A stretch of DNA of 64,000 bases. Origin: Octopus bimaculoides (taxonomy: Eukaryota). The translations under genes were made by a program, and so were the position numbers. Positions 53,291 to 64,000 of this stretch are shown here, piece after piece. Position 1 is the first letter of the stretch. Each line of letters opens with the position of its first letter. The notes beneath the pieces were generated by a model that was not told where the DNA came from, did no database searches, and saw only the letters and a program-made list of their open reading frames with translations. The stretch is taken from the NCBI RefSeq assembly GCF_001194135.2, contig NC_068984.1:30810678-30874677 (forward strand). Direction: 5' to 3'.

Positions 53291-54559
53291 AACATCTACT
53301 CCATTTGTTCATTCTGTTTTAGTGGTAATGCTTCTTAAGGGAGAAAATGTAATAAAGTATAAAGTAGATTAAAACATTTTTCTGATATGTTGCTCCATTA
53401 TCTCTGCTTAGTGGATAACACACAGGATCAAATATCAACAACGTCCATTGTATAGTAATATATTGCAAGTAATTTGTTTCACACACCAGAAAATCAAATG
53501 ATATCCTTGAGGAAGGAATCTTTGCAGGAAAATCTAAAAAGGAAGAAAAAAAAAAAAGATTGCCATAATGTTGAAGAAGAAAGAAAGAAGAAAAAACACA
53601 AAGCCATTAAATAGTCAAATAGTGCTTTGGCTGCATAAGCGGGCTGTGATCGTTGCTTTAATGTTGGATATTGTTTATATCAAATATCACCATTTGATTC
53701 TTCATTAGATTGATAAATGGTGGAAAATGTAATTTCTTATTTTCTTTAGAAAACATGAAGCCACTTCCTGCACTCATACCGTTACAGGCATTAATAGGGA
53801 ATAATTGTAATACTCCGTAATTGTGAGAGAGTAGGTGCATGGGTTCATATCAAAGTGTGTATGTTAACATGTATGTCTCTCTCACTTCTTCTGTCTTTAT
53901 ATATGCATGTATGCATGTGGAAGTAGAAAATAGATTAACAATTGTTTACTGTAAGCTATTTCCTCTTCAATGGTATTCTTTCTGCACAGTCATTCTCACT
54001 GTACATGCACACACATACATACACACATGCGCGTACACACGCATGCACACATGCACAAACACGTGCACACACACAGATGCACACACGCAAATGTACAAAT
54101 GAATAACACAAAAATGTTATGGAAGCTATCTTGAAACTGTTGTGACAATTCTCTCATTGGCCCTAATCCTCAACATTGATTAAACTGCTCTAGAGAACAA
54201 ACTGTTTATTATTTTCACACAGTATTTTATCACAACATTCCATTAAACACATTTTGGTCTCTGAAGTAGAGTGAATGTTTTTTCTCCAAACTCAGAATCA
54301 GCTACATTACATATTTTTTCTGTAACTGTTATTTTGTTCTGTTTTCATTAAAAGAAAGACAAGTGAAACCCAACAAAGCACAATAAAAAAAGAATGTTCT
54401 TTTACAATTATTAACACTAGGAAGTTTAAGTCTAAAGTGTTATAACAGTTTGGCAATCTCTTGCACGCTTATTTTCCATTCATGAGCCAAATCATCATCA
54501 TGATCATTATCCACTACATTATCATTTAAAATCCACTTTTCTGTACTCGTATAATATTT

Positions 54560-54915
54560 ATTTGCAGCATATTTTCTACAGCCAGATGCTCTTCCAGTCA
54601 CCAACCCACACTTGATTCCAACCAAGCAAGGTAATATTTACCAGACATGTCTGCAGAACATTAGAAATGACATTGCTTGCATGGCAGTAATACTTATTTA
54701 CGACTATCAGAGGATGTCAAGACAAGGAGACACAAACACATCATCATCATCATCACCATTTAACATCTGTTGTCCATGCTGGCATGGGTTGGATGATTTG
54801 ACTGCGGCTGGTAAGCTGGAAGGCTGCACCAGACTCCAGTCTGATTTGGCATGGTTTTCTATGGCTGGATGCCTTTCTTAATGCCAACCACTCCAAGAGT
54901 GTAATGGGTGCTTTT
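54560..54915 (-). mobile_element. Two adjacent family C segments
   Basis: 54740-54915 matches 57433-57663; 54560-54720 is the reverse complement of 14145-14305. Confidence 0.75.
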
Positions 54916-55164
54916 ATAAACATGTATATATATACATATAATAAAGATAAATCATATATAGAGATATTCTATTGACATTCAATAATTTATTTATATTACA
55001 ATATTACATTGAATACTATGAATATAATACCTAACATAACGTAATATTATATAAATAATTATAAAAACCATAGAAGTCCAACAAATTCTTTTGGCTTACA
55101 TATATTTTTTTCTGATATACATAATCACAGTTCAATTATATACAAGTCACTTCAGGGTTAATTC

Positions 55165-55562
55165 AATTCAGAAAGACAAAATACTGTCTGGAACGGATGG
55201 CTGGATTGTAAAAATTGATTGAAATGCCTGTGTTATGAGCGTGAGTGTTAATTTTTGAATCTTACGTCAATTACAATTAAAAAAACTACAAAAACATTAT
55301 ACAGATATATATTGGGTAATGGTTGAAACCATGGGACTATGCACAGAGCAATGTTGGAGAGAGTGGAGGCCGACTTCCAAGAATGCCTTCAGAAATGCAT
55401 CAATGAAAACGGACACCACATAATGGATGTTGTTTTCCACACTTAATTTTGACAAATGTTAATTCAATACGAACATATTGATGTTGATAAAATTTGTTTG
55501 CAGTTAAAATTAATGATTTTGTGAATGTTTCAAAAACGTCCGTCCTCTCTGCCCAGCTCTGT
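55165..55562 (+). mobile_element. Internally deleted Tc1/mariner derivative
   Basis: MLERVEADFQECLQKCINENGHHIMDVVFHT* is a typical transposase C-terminus; TIR-like end aaaacgtccgtcctctctgcccagctctg. Confidence 0.65.
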
Positions 55563-55769
55563 TCTTGGAATTTCAAATAGAACCCATTCAGGTCACACGA
55601 AAAAACTGGTCTCCTTCCATCGTTCCTGATGGGGATATACTCATTTACTAATTCTTCTCCAGGTTGTGATGTCTCTTGTTTATTTTACATGAAGCAAAGT
55701 ATATAGACTACTTTGACATGGATGAAGCGTTACTCTAACAACATGTGCCACTTGAACCTAAGCCACCAC

Positions 55770-56320
55770 CACTACATCATCATCATCATCATCATCATCT
55801 TCATCTTCATCACCATCATTTAGTATTCATTTTTCATGCTGGATGTTTTTGACAGGGTCTTGCAATCCACAGAGTAACATCAAGCTCTAATGTCAGCTTT
55901 AACATGATTTTTTTTTTGTAGCTGGATGCCCTCCCTAATGCCAGTCCTATTTACAGTGTGTACTGAGTGTTTTTCACAGGTCACTGGCACCAATGGAGTT
56001 GCTAAGTAACTTGCAAGATAAGAAAAGAACAAAAAAAGGTAAAAGCCCCTTCAACCAAATGATGGGAAGTATTTAAGAAGGGGAGGTGGCTGCATGCCAG
56101 TTGCTGGGAGGCTAAAGCATGATAGAGGGACAAGTGTGGGTGTGTTACAATAGAAAAGATACATAGCTATCCTGCATTATATAAGAGTGAGTGTGAGTAG
56201 TTGGGAAGAAGATAAGATGGTAGTGATGGGGTACATGAGCAAGCCTTCAAGGAGCAGAGAGGTGAGCATAAAAGAAAATACAGAGACTGGGTCAGGAGGA
56301 GGAAGGAAATGGGGATAACT
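55770..56320 (-). mobile_element. Family C copy with purine-rich extension
   Basis: (cat)n, ctggatgccct.cctaatgcca motif. Confidence 0.6.
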
Positions 56321-57432
56321 TTAAGTCCACATTTGAATTACTTTTGCTGCTACCCTCATATGTATATCTCTGATTCATAAATCTTGGGAATGAAATTAAG
56401 CTCACCAGGTAAATTTCCATAGTGAACACTTAGCATTTACAGTCTATTTCCCCTATACTGTTGTCTCAATGTACAATTAGGTGATGAAAATTGTAAGAAA
56501 ATTTCAAGTAACTGGTTATCAGTTAACTGATTAAATCTTAATAAGAGCAACTAATTTCAGCTTGTTTGATTGCATCAATATCTGGATATAAGCTTGCACA
56601 TTTTATGTAAGGAAATGAATGTTTCACCTACTTAGAGGTTGTAATTTAATCATGTGTGCTCCCTTAAAAGCTGGAATAATGTCCCAGGATTATCATTTCC
56701 ATTTGTAGAGTTGGTCATTCAATTATCCACCATGCTTTGTTTTCTTTTTAATAAACCTGCTGAAACTGATTGTCATAGTCTGATGCAAAATATCCCAGTT
56801 TTTAGAATACTCATTTGTAATTAAGATTAAGAAAGTTTAACATTTCAAATGAAAAGATATTCCAGTAGTGATTAAGTTAGTTAATTTATTAAATCCTTAC
56901 AAATTCCTGATTAAAAAAGAAAACAATAATAATTGAAAGACAATTGTTTCATTAGAGTTATTGTCATGAACTGATTAAATATTATGATATGGAGATAAAC
57001 CTATACCATGCCATTACCAAATAAGATACTACTCCCTAACTGTTTCTTGTAAGAACACAAAAGATGAAATCAATTGATGTGAACAAAATGGTTAAAATGT
57101 CAAAAGGTCTTTAAAAGTTAGTAATGTTATTGAACCAATAGTGGCTTGACTGGAAATTTAGACAAGAAATCTATGTATCTCAACATGTGTGTTTCATAAT
57201 GTGATGTGAAGGAGCCAACACAGCCTGGCTCATAACACTGCACATAATTAAAGTGGGACTCTATTAATAAGATATTAAATATATCAATGAAGGCAATTTC
57301 TACATTTCATAGGAAAGATTTATCATGATAGAATCAGTAAATGTTCAATACTTCATGGAGATATAAAGTTAATATTTAATCTACTATAAACAATAAATTA
57401 AAATATGTTTTTACTCTTGTATATGGTGTATT

Positions 57433-57663
57433 CATCATCATCATCATCATCGTTTAACGTCCGCTTTCCATGCTAGCATGGGTTGGACGATTTGACTGAG
57501 GACTGGTGAAACCGGATGGCAACACCAGGCTCCAGTCTGATTTGGCAGAGTTTCTACAGCTGGATGCCCTTCCTAACGCCAACCACTCAGAGAGTGTAGT
57601 GGGTGCTTTTACGTGTCACCCGCACGAAAACGGCCACGCTCGAAATGGTGTCTTTTATGTGCC
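57433..57663 (-). mobile_element. Young family C copy running into a gap
   Basis: (cat)n-cgtttaacgtccgctttccatgctagcatgggttggacg; CpGs intact. Confidence 0.9.
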
Positions 57664-59362
57664 NNNNNNNNNNNNNNNNNNNNNNNNNNNNNNNNNNNNN
57701 NNNNNNNNNNNNNNNNNNNNNNNNNNNNNNNNNNNNNNNNNNNNNNNNNNNNNNNNNNNNNNNNNNNNNNNNNNNNNNNNNNNNNNNNNNNNNNNNNNNN
57801 NNNNNNNNNNNNNNNNNNNNNNNNNNNNNNNNNNNNNNNNNNNNNNNNNNNNNNNNNNNNNNNNNNNNNNNNNNNNNNNNNNNNNNNNNNNNNNNNNNNN
57901 NNNNNNNNNNNNNNNNNNNNNNNNNNNNNNNNNNNNNNNNNNNNNNNNNNNNNNNNNNNNNNNNNNNNNNNNNNNNNNNNNNNNNNNNNNNNNNNNNNNN
58001 NNNNNNNNNNNNNNNNNNNNNNNNNNNNNNNNNNNNNNNNNNNNNNNNNNNNNNNNNNNNNNNNNNNNNNNNNNNNNNNNNNNNNNNNNNNNNNNNNNNN
58101 NNNNNNNNNNNNNNNNNNNNNNNNNNNNNNNNNNNNNNNNNNNNNNNNNNNNNNNNNNNNNNNNNNNNNNNNNNNNNNNNNNNNNNNNNNNNNNNNNNNN
58201 NNNNNNNNNNNNNNNNNNNNNNNNNNNNNNNNNNNNNNNNNNNNNNNNNNNNNNNNNNNNNNNNNNNNNNNNNNNNNNNNNNNNNNNNNNNNNNNNNNNN
58301 NNNNNNNNNNNNNNNNNNNNNNNNNNNNNNNNNNNNNNNNNNNNNNNNNNNNNNNNNNNNNNNNNNNNNNNNNNNNNNNNNNNNNNNNNNNNNNNNNNNN
58401 NNNNNNNNNNNNNNNNNNNNNNNNNNNNNNNNNNNNNNNNNNNNNNNNNNNNNNNNNNNNNNNNNNNNNNNNNNNNNNNNNNNNNNNNNNNNNNNNNNNN
58501 NNNNNNNNNNNNNNNNNNNNNNNNNNNNNNNNNNNNNNNNNNNNNNNNNNNNNNNNNNNNNNNNNNNNNNNNNNNNNNNNNNNNNNTATATATATATATA
58601 TATATGCCTGTGTGTATGCGTGTATATATGTGTATGTATTGTATTAAAATATATTTTCCACTTATTTTTCTTATTTACTGATTTTTCAATTGATATGACT
58701 TCTCACTTCTCTTCCCACATAATCTCGTGTTTCTTTATAAAATAACAGATTTTTTGAGTCACAAGATTGAAAGAAATTTTTCAGTGTCTATTGCAAAGGC
58801 TACAATTTACAAATTTTCTTATAGAAAACAAGTAATATCAATAGAATAGATATAAGAACTAAATATGCATTTTACTGTGTTGTGTCAAAAGATTTGCAAT
58901 ATTTTGGAAACTTATTTGCTTTATTCATCAAGTTACAATGAAAGCAACCTTGCATTCAAATTAGTAGCCATTGTGCGGCATCGTCTGAAACCACCTTTCT
59001 GCTATTTTTCTGTTTTATCCTACACTGATAACAGTCCTTGTCCTTTGAGGCCAAGAACCTCTTCCTTAAATCTTTCACTTCCTCTTGGTTGATCAAGCAT
59101 CTCAAGTGTGGGAAATCAGCCATGGACTGGAACAAGTCCTAATATTTGGCACTCTGATACCCAACACAAAACATCTTACAGAGGTAACTTTTTTCCAATA
59201 TTCAGATGTCTTCTAGTCATTCAAATCAGCTAACGTCTTCTCAACTGCAATTTTAATCTTTTATGTTCTCTAACACCATTGCCTGTTCACCAATTGATGA
59301 AGTTGTTCTTCAAAAAAAGATTCATAAGATCATGAAATTTAGTCCAAACTCCCTGTATATAT

Positions 59363-59582
59363 ACTCTTTTACTCTCTTTTACTTGTTTCAGTCATTTGAC
59401 TGTGGCCATGCTGGAGCACCGCCTTTGGTCGAGCAAATCGACCCCGGGACTTATTCTTTGTAAGCCTAGTACTTATTCTATCGGTCTCTTTTGCCGAACT
59501 GCTGAGTTACGGGGACATAAACACACCAGCATCGGTTGTCAAGCGATGCTAGGGGGACAAACACAGACACACAAACGCACAA

Positions 59583-59658
<76 letters not shown>

Positions 59659-59814
59659 GATGGGCTTCTTTCAGTTTCCATCTACCAAATCCACTCACAA
59701 AGCTTTGGTCGGCCCAAGGCTATAGTAGAAGACACTTGCCCAAATTGCCACACAGTGGGACTGAACCTGGGACCATGTGGTTGGTAAGCAAGCTACTTAC
59801 CACACAGCCACTCC
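59363..59814 (-). mobile_element. SINE family A, young full-length copy
   Basis: reverse complement of family A, CpG-rich. Confidence 0.92.
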
Positions 59815-60010
59815 ATAGTTTTATATTCACATATATACATAAATACATATATACATGCTTAAATATATGTATCCATATGTATATGATCATGATGGACTCT
59901 CTCGTCGAAGACAATATGTGTTTAGCTTTTTGCCAAATGACTTGCAAAAATGTTTTGTTTATAGTGATCAAATGCTTTTGCTGTATGTTTATATATTTGT
60001 ATGCATTTAT

Positions 60011-60420
60011 GTGTTGCTGTGTGGTCAGAAGCTTGCTTCCCACCCACATGGTTCCAGGATCAGTTGCACTGCATAACATCTTGGGCAAGTGTCTTTTATA
60101 ATATCCTCAGGCTGACCAAAGCCTTGTGGGTGGATTTGGAAGATGGAAACTGAAAGACGCTTGTTACATATATATATATGTATATATTTATGTGTGTGTG
60201 TCTCTCTGCATCTATGTTTTCCCCACCCTCACTGCTTGACAACTGATGTTGGTGTGTTTACGTCCCTGTAACTGAACAGTTCAGCAAGAAGAGATGAATA
60301 TAAGTACTAGGCTTACAAATATAAGTCCTGGGGTCAATTCTTTTAATTAAAACACCCTTTAAAGCTGTGCTCCAGCGTGGCTGCAGTCAAATGGCTGAAA
60401 CAAGTAAAAGAATAAAAGAA
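60011..60420 (+). mobile_element. SINE family A
   Basis: full-length, older copy. Confidence 0.88.
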
Positions 60421-61347
60421 TATATATATGTACAAAGAGGGATAAGCAGCTACTTATAGCATCACACAATCTGTTTCCAAATCAATGGATGCATATTTCA
60501 TGTGCAAAAAGAATCACCAGAAGCGCTGAATGCTCACTGCACAAACACACACACATTTTTGCAGATGCATTGAGAATACAGAGAAACATGTATGGACACA
60601 TATATACCTTTACTTGCCCTCCCTCTTTCATACTGTACCTTTTGTTTTTAATATACTTTCCTATAATTGGAAATAGTCAGTCGTAAAATTCCCGCTAATA
60701 ATGAAGTTATCTCATATAAAACTTCTGGAAATAGTTTTGATGACATAAATCTGCCACTTCAACCAAATTTATGACACTGTAGATAAATAAAATTATTTCA
60801 AGATATTGAAATTAAAACAACAATCACAACAGCAAAAACAACAGACAGTTTGTTTGAATGAAATTCTCAGCTTTTGCTATTGATTGAAAGTTTAAATTCA
60901 AAATGTCAAGTGAATGCCGAACTGAGGTTCATTTAATTACAACTTAGTTTCATCAACTTTCTAATATAAAACTTAATTCAGTGTATAAACATTTGTTGTC
61001 TTAGTTGAAGTGAATGCAGATTGTACCTCTATGAAGATGTATATATATAAATATATATGTGTGTGTGTGCGTGAGTATACACATTCACATACATATACAT
61101 ACATACATCTATATATACATTTATATGTATGTATATACATATATATAAGCATATATACACTTAGATGTATGAATGTATATAAATGTATATATATACATAT
61201 ATATAAGCATATATACACTTANNNNNNNNNNNNNNNNNNNNNNNNNNNNNNNNNNNNNNNNNNNNNNNNNNNNNNNNNNNNNNNNNNNNNNNNNNNNNNN
61301 NNNNNNNNNNNNNNNNNNNNNNNNNNNNNNNNNATATATATATATAT

Positions 61348-61595
61348 ACTTTTATTCTTTTATACTTTTACTTGTTTCAGTCATTTGACTGCAGCCATGC
61401 TGGAGCACCACCTTTAGTCGAGCAAATTGACCCCAGGACTTATTCTTTGTAAGCCTAGTAATTATTGTGTCGATCTCTTTGCTAAACTGCTAAGTTATGG
61501 AGACATAAACACACCAGCACCGGCTGTCAAGTGATGTTGGGGAGACAAACACACACACACACACCCACACACACACACATACACACACACATTTA
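61348..61595 (-). mobile_element. SINE family A, 3' half
   Basis: close match to 59363-59600. Confidence 0.88.
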
Positions 61596-61619
61596 CATAC
61601 AACAAGCTAGTAGGAATGT

Positions 61620-62995
61620 TATCTTGGGGAACGGTGACAACATAACTCCACAAACTTTTCTGCTGGTTAACACTGCAAGTCTCAATTCCAATCTCTTTCA
61701 GTCTTTTAAGAAATATTTTGGGTGTTGTGCCAAGTGCACCATTATCATAGAAATAATTGCTGTTTTAGTCATGCACAGTCTCTTCAGCTCTCTCACTTGT
61801 TCTTGATATTTCTTAGTTTTACCCATTTATTTTGAATCAGTTCTGTTATTATAGGGAATTGCAGATTCCATCACCTTATACTGTTTGTTTATTTTGTCCT
61901 CTTTAATCAAATCTCAACTTGCTTCAATAATACGGACAGTCCTTTGTCCTCTGTAATCATATCTCATCTTATGCTTCTTGTTTTGTACAGGTTTACACAT
62001 GAGAGAGTGTAAGAAAGATTAAGAGAGAGAGAGAGAGGGGGTAGTGAGAGAGAAAGGGAAAGAGAGAGAGAAAGGGAAAGAGAGAGAGAGATAAACTTTC
62101 ATAGATAGTTTGATAGTTTTATATTCATTATTAACGCTTTCATCTCCTTTCCTGCAAATTCTACATTTATTCTCCGACAGAGTTTTGTCAATCTTTGCCT
62201 TTATCAGATTCATCCTAATGGCTTGTTCACGAGTGGCTATAATTAGCACCTGCTCTTTCAGGTTCCTGTCTGTCCACCACAGCTAGTGTTTTTACTTCTG
62301 GGTAGCATGAATTGGCCATGTAATTTCCATTGCATTCCATCTGATTGTGGTTCTTTCTTCTGTTCTCAAAGTCTCTTACTGATTCAGTAACATTTTTGGC
62401 ATCCGTAGTGCGAATAATATTCTTCACTCTGTACAACATTATTTTACAACCCCCAGTATTTCAGTACTAACATTTAGTAATCCTCTGCCTCCTTTTCTTA
62501 ATGAGTAGTGTCTCTCAGTATTACTCTTAAGATGGTGTGCATTATGTATTGTGTGCAGTTTCTAGTTCTATCCAAGTTCTTTAGCTTCACCTTTGTCCAT
62601 TTTAGAAAAGGAACAGAGTACTGGCATAGCCCATGTATTTATTGCTTTAATGATATCCCCTCCATTCAGTTTAGCTTCGAGCACCTTACTAATTCTCCTC
62701 TTGTACTCTTTAGTAATTTCCTCTCTCATTTCTCCTTCCATTATCCTATCATCTTGCAATACCTTAGGTTTTTGCATCAGCCATTATTCCACAGTGACTT
62801 ATTGATGATGTCGTAATTTTATGCCATCAGTGTTTATCTTCTGCCTCTCTCCGTAATTAGCTTTGCACACTTCTTTATGGCTAATTGCATTCCAATATCT
62901 TTGCTGAATACTCTTACTATGTGGTTCAGAGAATCCAGGTCTTTCTCATTTTTTAATTATTGTGTGAGATCATCCATATGAAGCAAGTAAGTACA
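61620..62995 (-). mobile_element. R4/Dong-type LINE fragment interrupted by (GA)n
   Basis: LLHMDDL..NEKDLDSL..RVFSKDIGM..KKCA; KEYKRRISKVLEAKLNGGDIIKAINTWAMPV; LIIATREQAI..KCRICRKGDESVN; KYQE..RELKRL..GALG. Confidence 0.88.
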
Positions 62996-63820
62996 AATAT
63001 TATTAATGTTGCCATTTTCTAATCATAGCTATTCTGATTATTGCAATCATCACTTTTATGCTCATGCGTAATATTGCCTCAGTATTGTACATGCTTGCAT
63101 AATATGCTTTGTTATATCTATCATTAATCAATCATTTGAAACAGCTTTGATGACAAAACATAAATACATCATGTTAATTCTATATACCATATTTACATGT
63201 AAATACATTCCTTATATATGCAACTGTTTGTCCTTAATTCTTTGCATGTGTATACATATATATATATATATAAAATGTGTGAATTTTTACACACAAACTT
63301 TGATGTCACGATCTGCTGCTTGGCTGTGACCAGTGATGTCAGCAAATTTGTTGTGAACTCTGTACTTTCAAATTCTTCTGGAATTAAAAGTATTTTTACG
63401 GGATGAACAGGTAAGGGTTAGTGGCAGGGAAAAAAATTACGTTAAATGAAAAAACAAAAGATTAAATATTTTCAAGTAGATCAGTTGAATAGATTATTGG
63501 ACAAAACATTAAGTCATGATCAACACAAATTTAAAATAAATTTGATTCTATCTCTGTACTGAGTCTCCTTGTCATTAAATTTTCCATTGTTATTTATAAA
63601 GTTGATAAACTAATAGCCTAAATTTAACATCTACATGCACACAAACACACACAAACATGAGAGAGAATAAGAGAGAGTAAGATAGATAGATAGACAGAGC
63701 GAGAGAGAGAGAGAAACTTCCATAGATAGTTATATATTTATCATTACACTTACGACTACAAGGATGACACACATCTGAGTAGCAGTAGTCTGTTCTACAT
63801 GAGCAGAATTTAGAATTATA

Positions 63821-64000
63821 CAGGGTGGCCCAAAAGTAAGTTTACAGTTATTCAACTATCTCTTTCACATTCATATATTAACAGTTTAAATCTTAATTAT
63901 AAAAAAATATGAAACCATTATTCAGCAAGATGGAGCATCTCCACATTATGTGTTGACAGTAGGAGATTACCTTAACCAAGATTTTCCACAGCATTGGTTT
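63821..64000 (+). mobile_element. Tc1/mariner fragment, truncated by window end
   Basis: TA|cagggtggcccaaaagtaagtttacag TIR; 63908-64000 YETIIQQDGASPHYVLTVGDYLNQDFPQHWF (QQDGAPPH catalytic-Asp motif); region between them deleted. Confidence 0.85.

Noticed and set aside
61141-61221. About 58-bp repeat unit running into a gap
   Set aside because: Low-complexity TA-derived duplication; array length cannot be determined because of the Ns.
794-61806. Many ORFs rich in HT/CV/YI, poly-K/L/S/N/I or X
   Set aside because: They are translations of (CA)n, (TA)n, (AAG)n, (AAT)n, (CAT)n tracts or N-gaps.

Overview
AT-rich, microsatellite-dense animal genomic DNA with six N-gaps, most flanked by (TA)n runs. 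The recurring SINE families resemble those I recall from Octopus; this is an inference, not a search result. No intact gene, rRNA, tRNA gene or CRISPR array is supported, and most listed ORFs are microsatellite or gap artefacts. The window is mainly decayed mobile elements: four R4/Dong-type LINE fragments, three RTE-clade LINE fragments plus many short RTE 3'-tail copies, several tRNA-derived SINE families, two deleted copies of one mariner, three other Tc1/mariner derivatives, a hAT (TTF/DUF4371-like) transposase fossil and a possible Helitron-like element. The most unusual signals are RNA-structural. A palindrome at about 50.86-50.99 kb reads as a minimal type I hammerhead-ribozyme motif on each arm, and a second hammerhead-like motif lies at 311-354; both are degenerate and likely Penelope-like in origin. 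A near-perfect 45-bp hairpin at 49.07-49.22 kb appears to come from inverted duplication of a SINE head. A few short splice-site-bounded open segments could be exons of a large-intron host gene, but support is weak and I could not identify a product.
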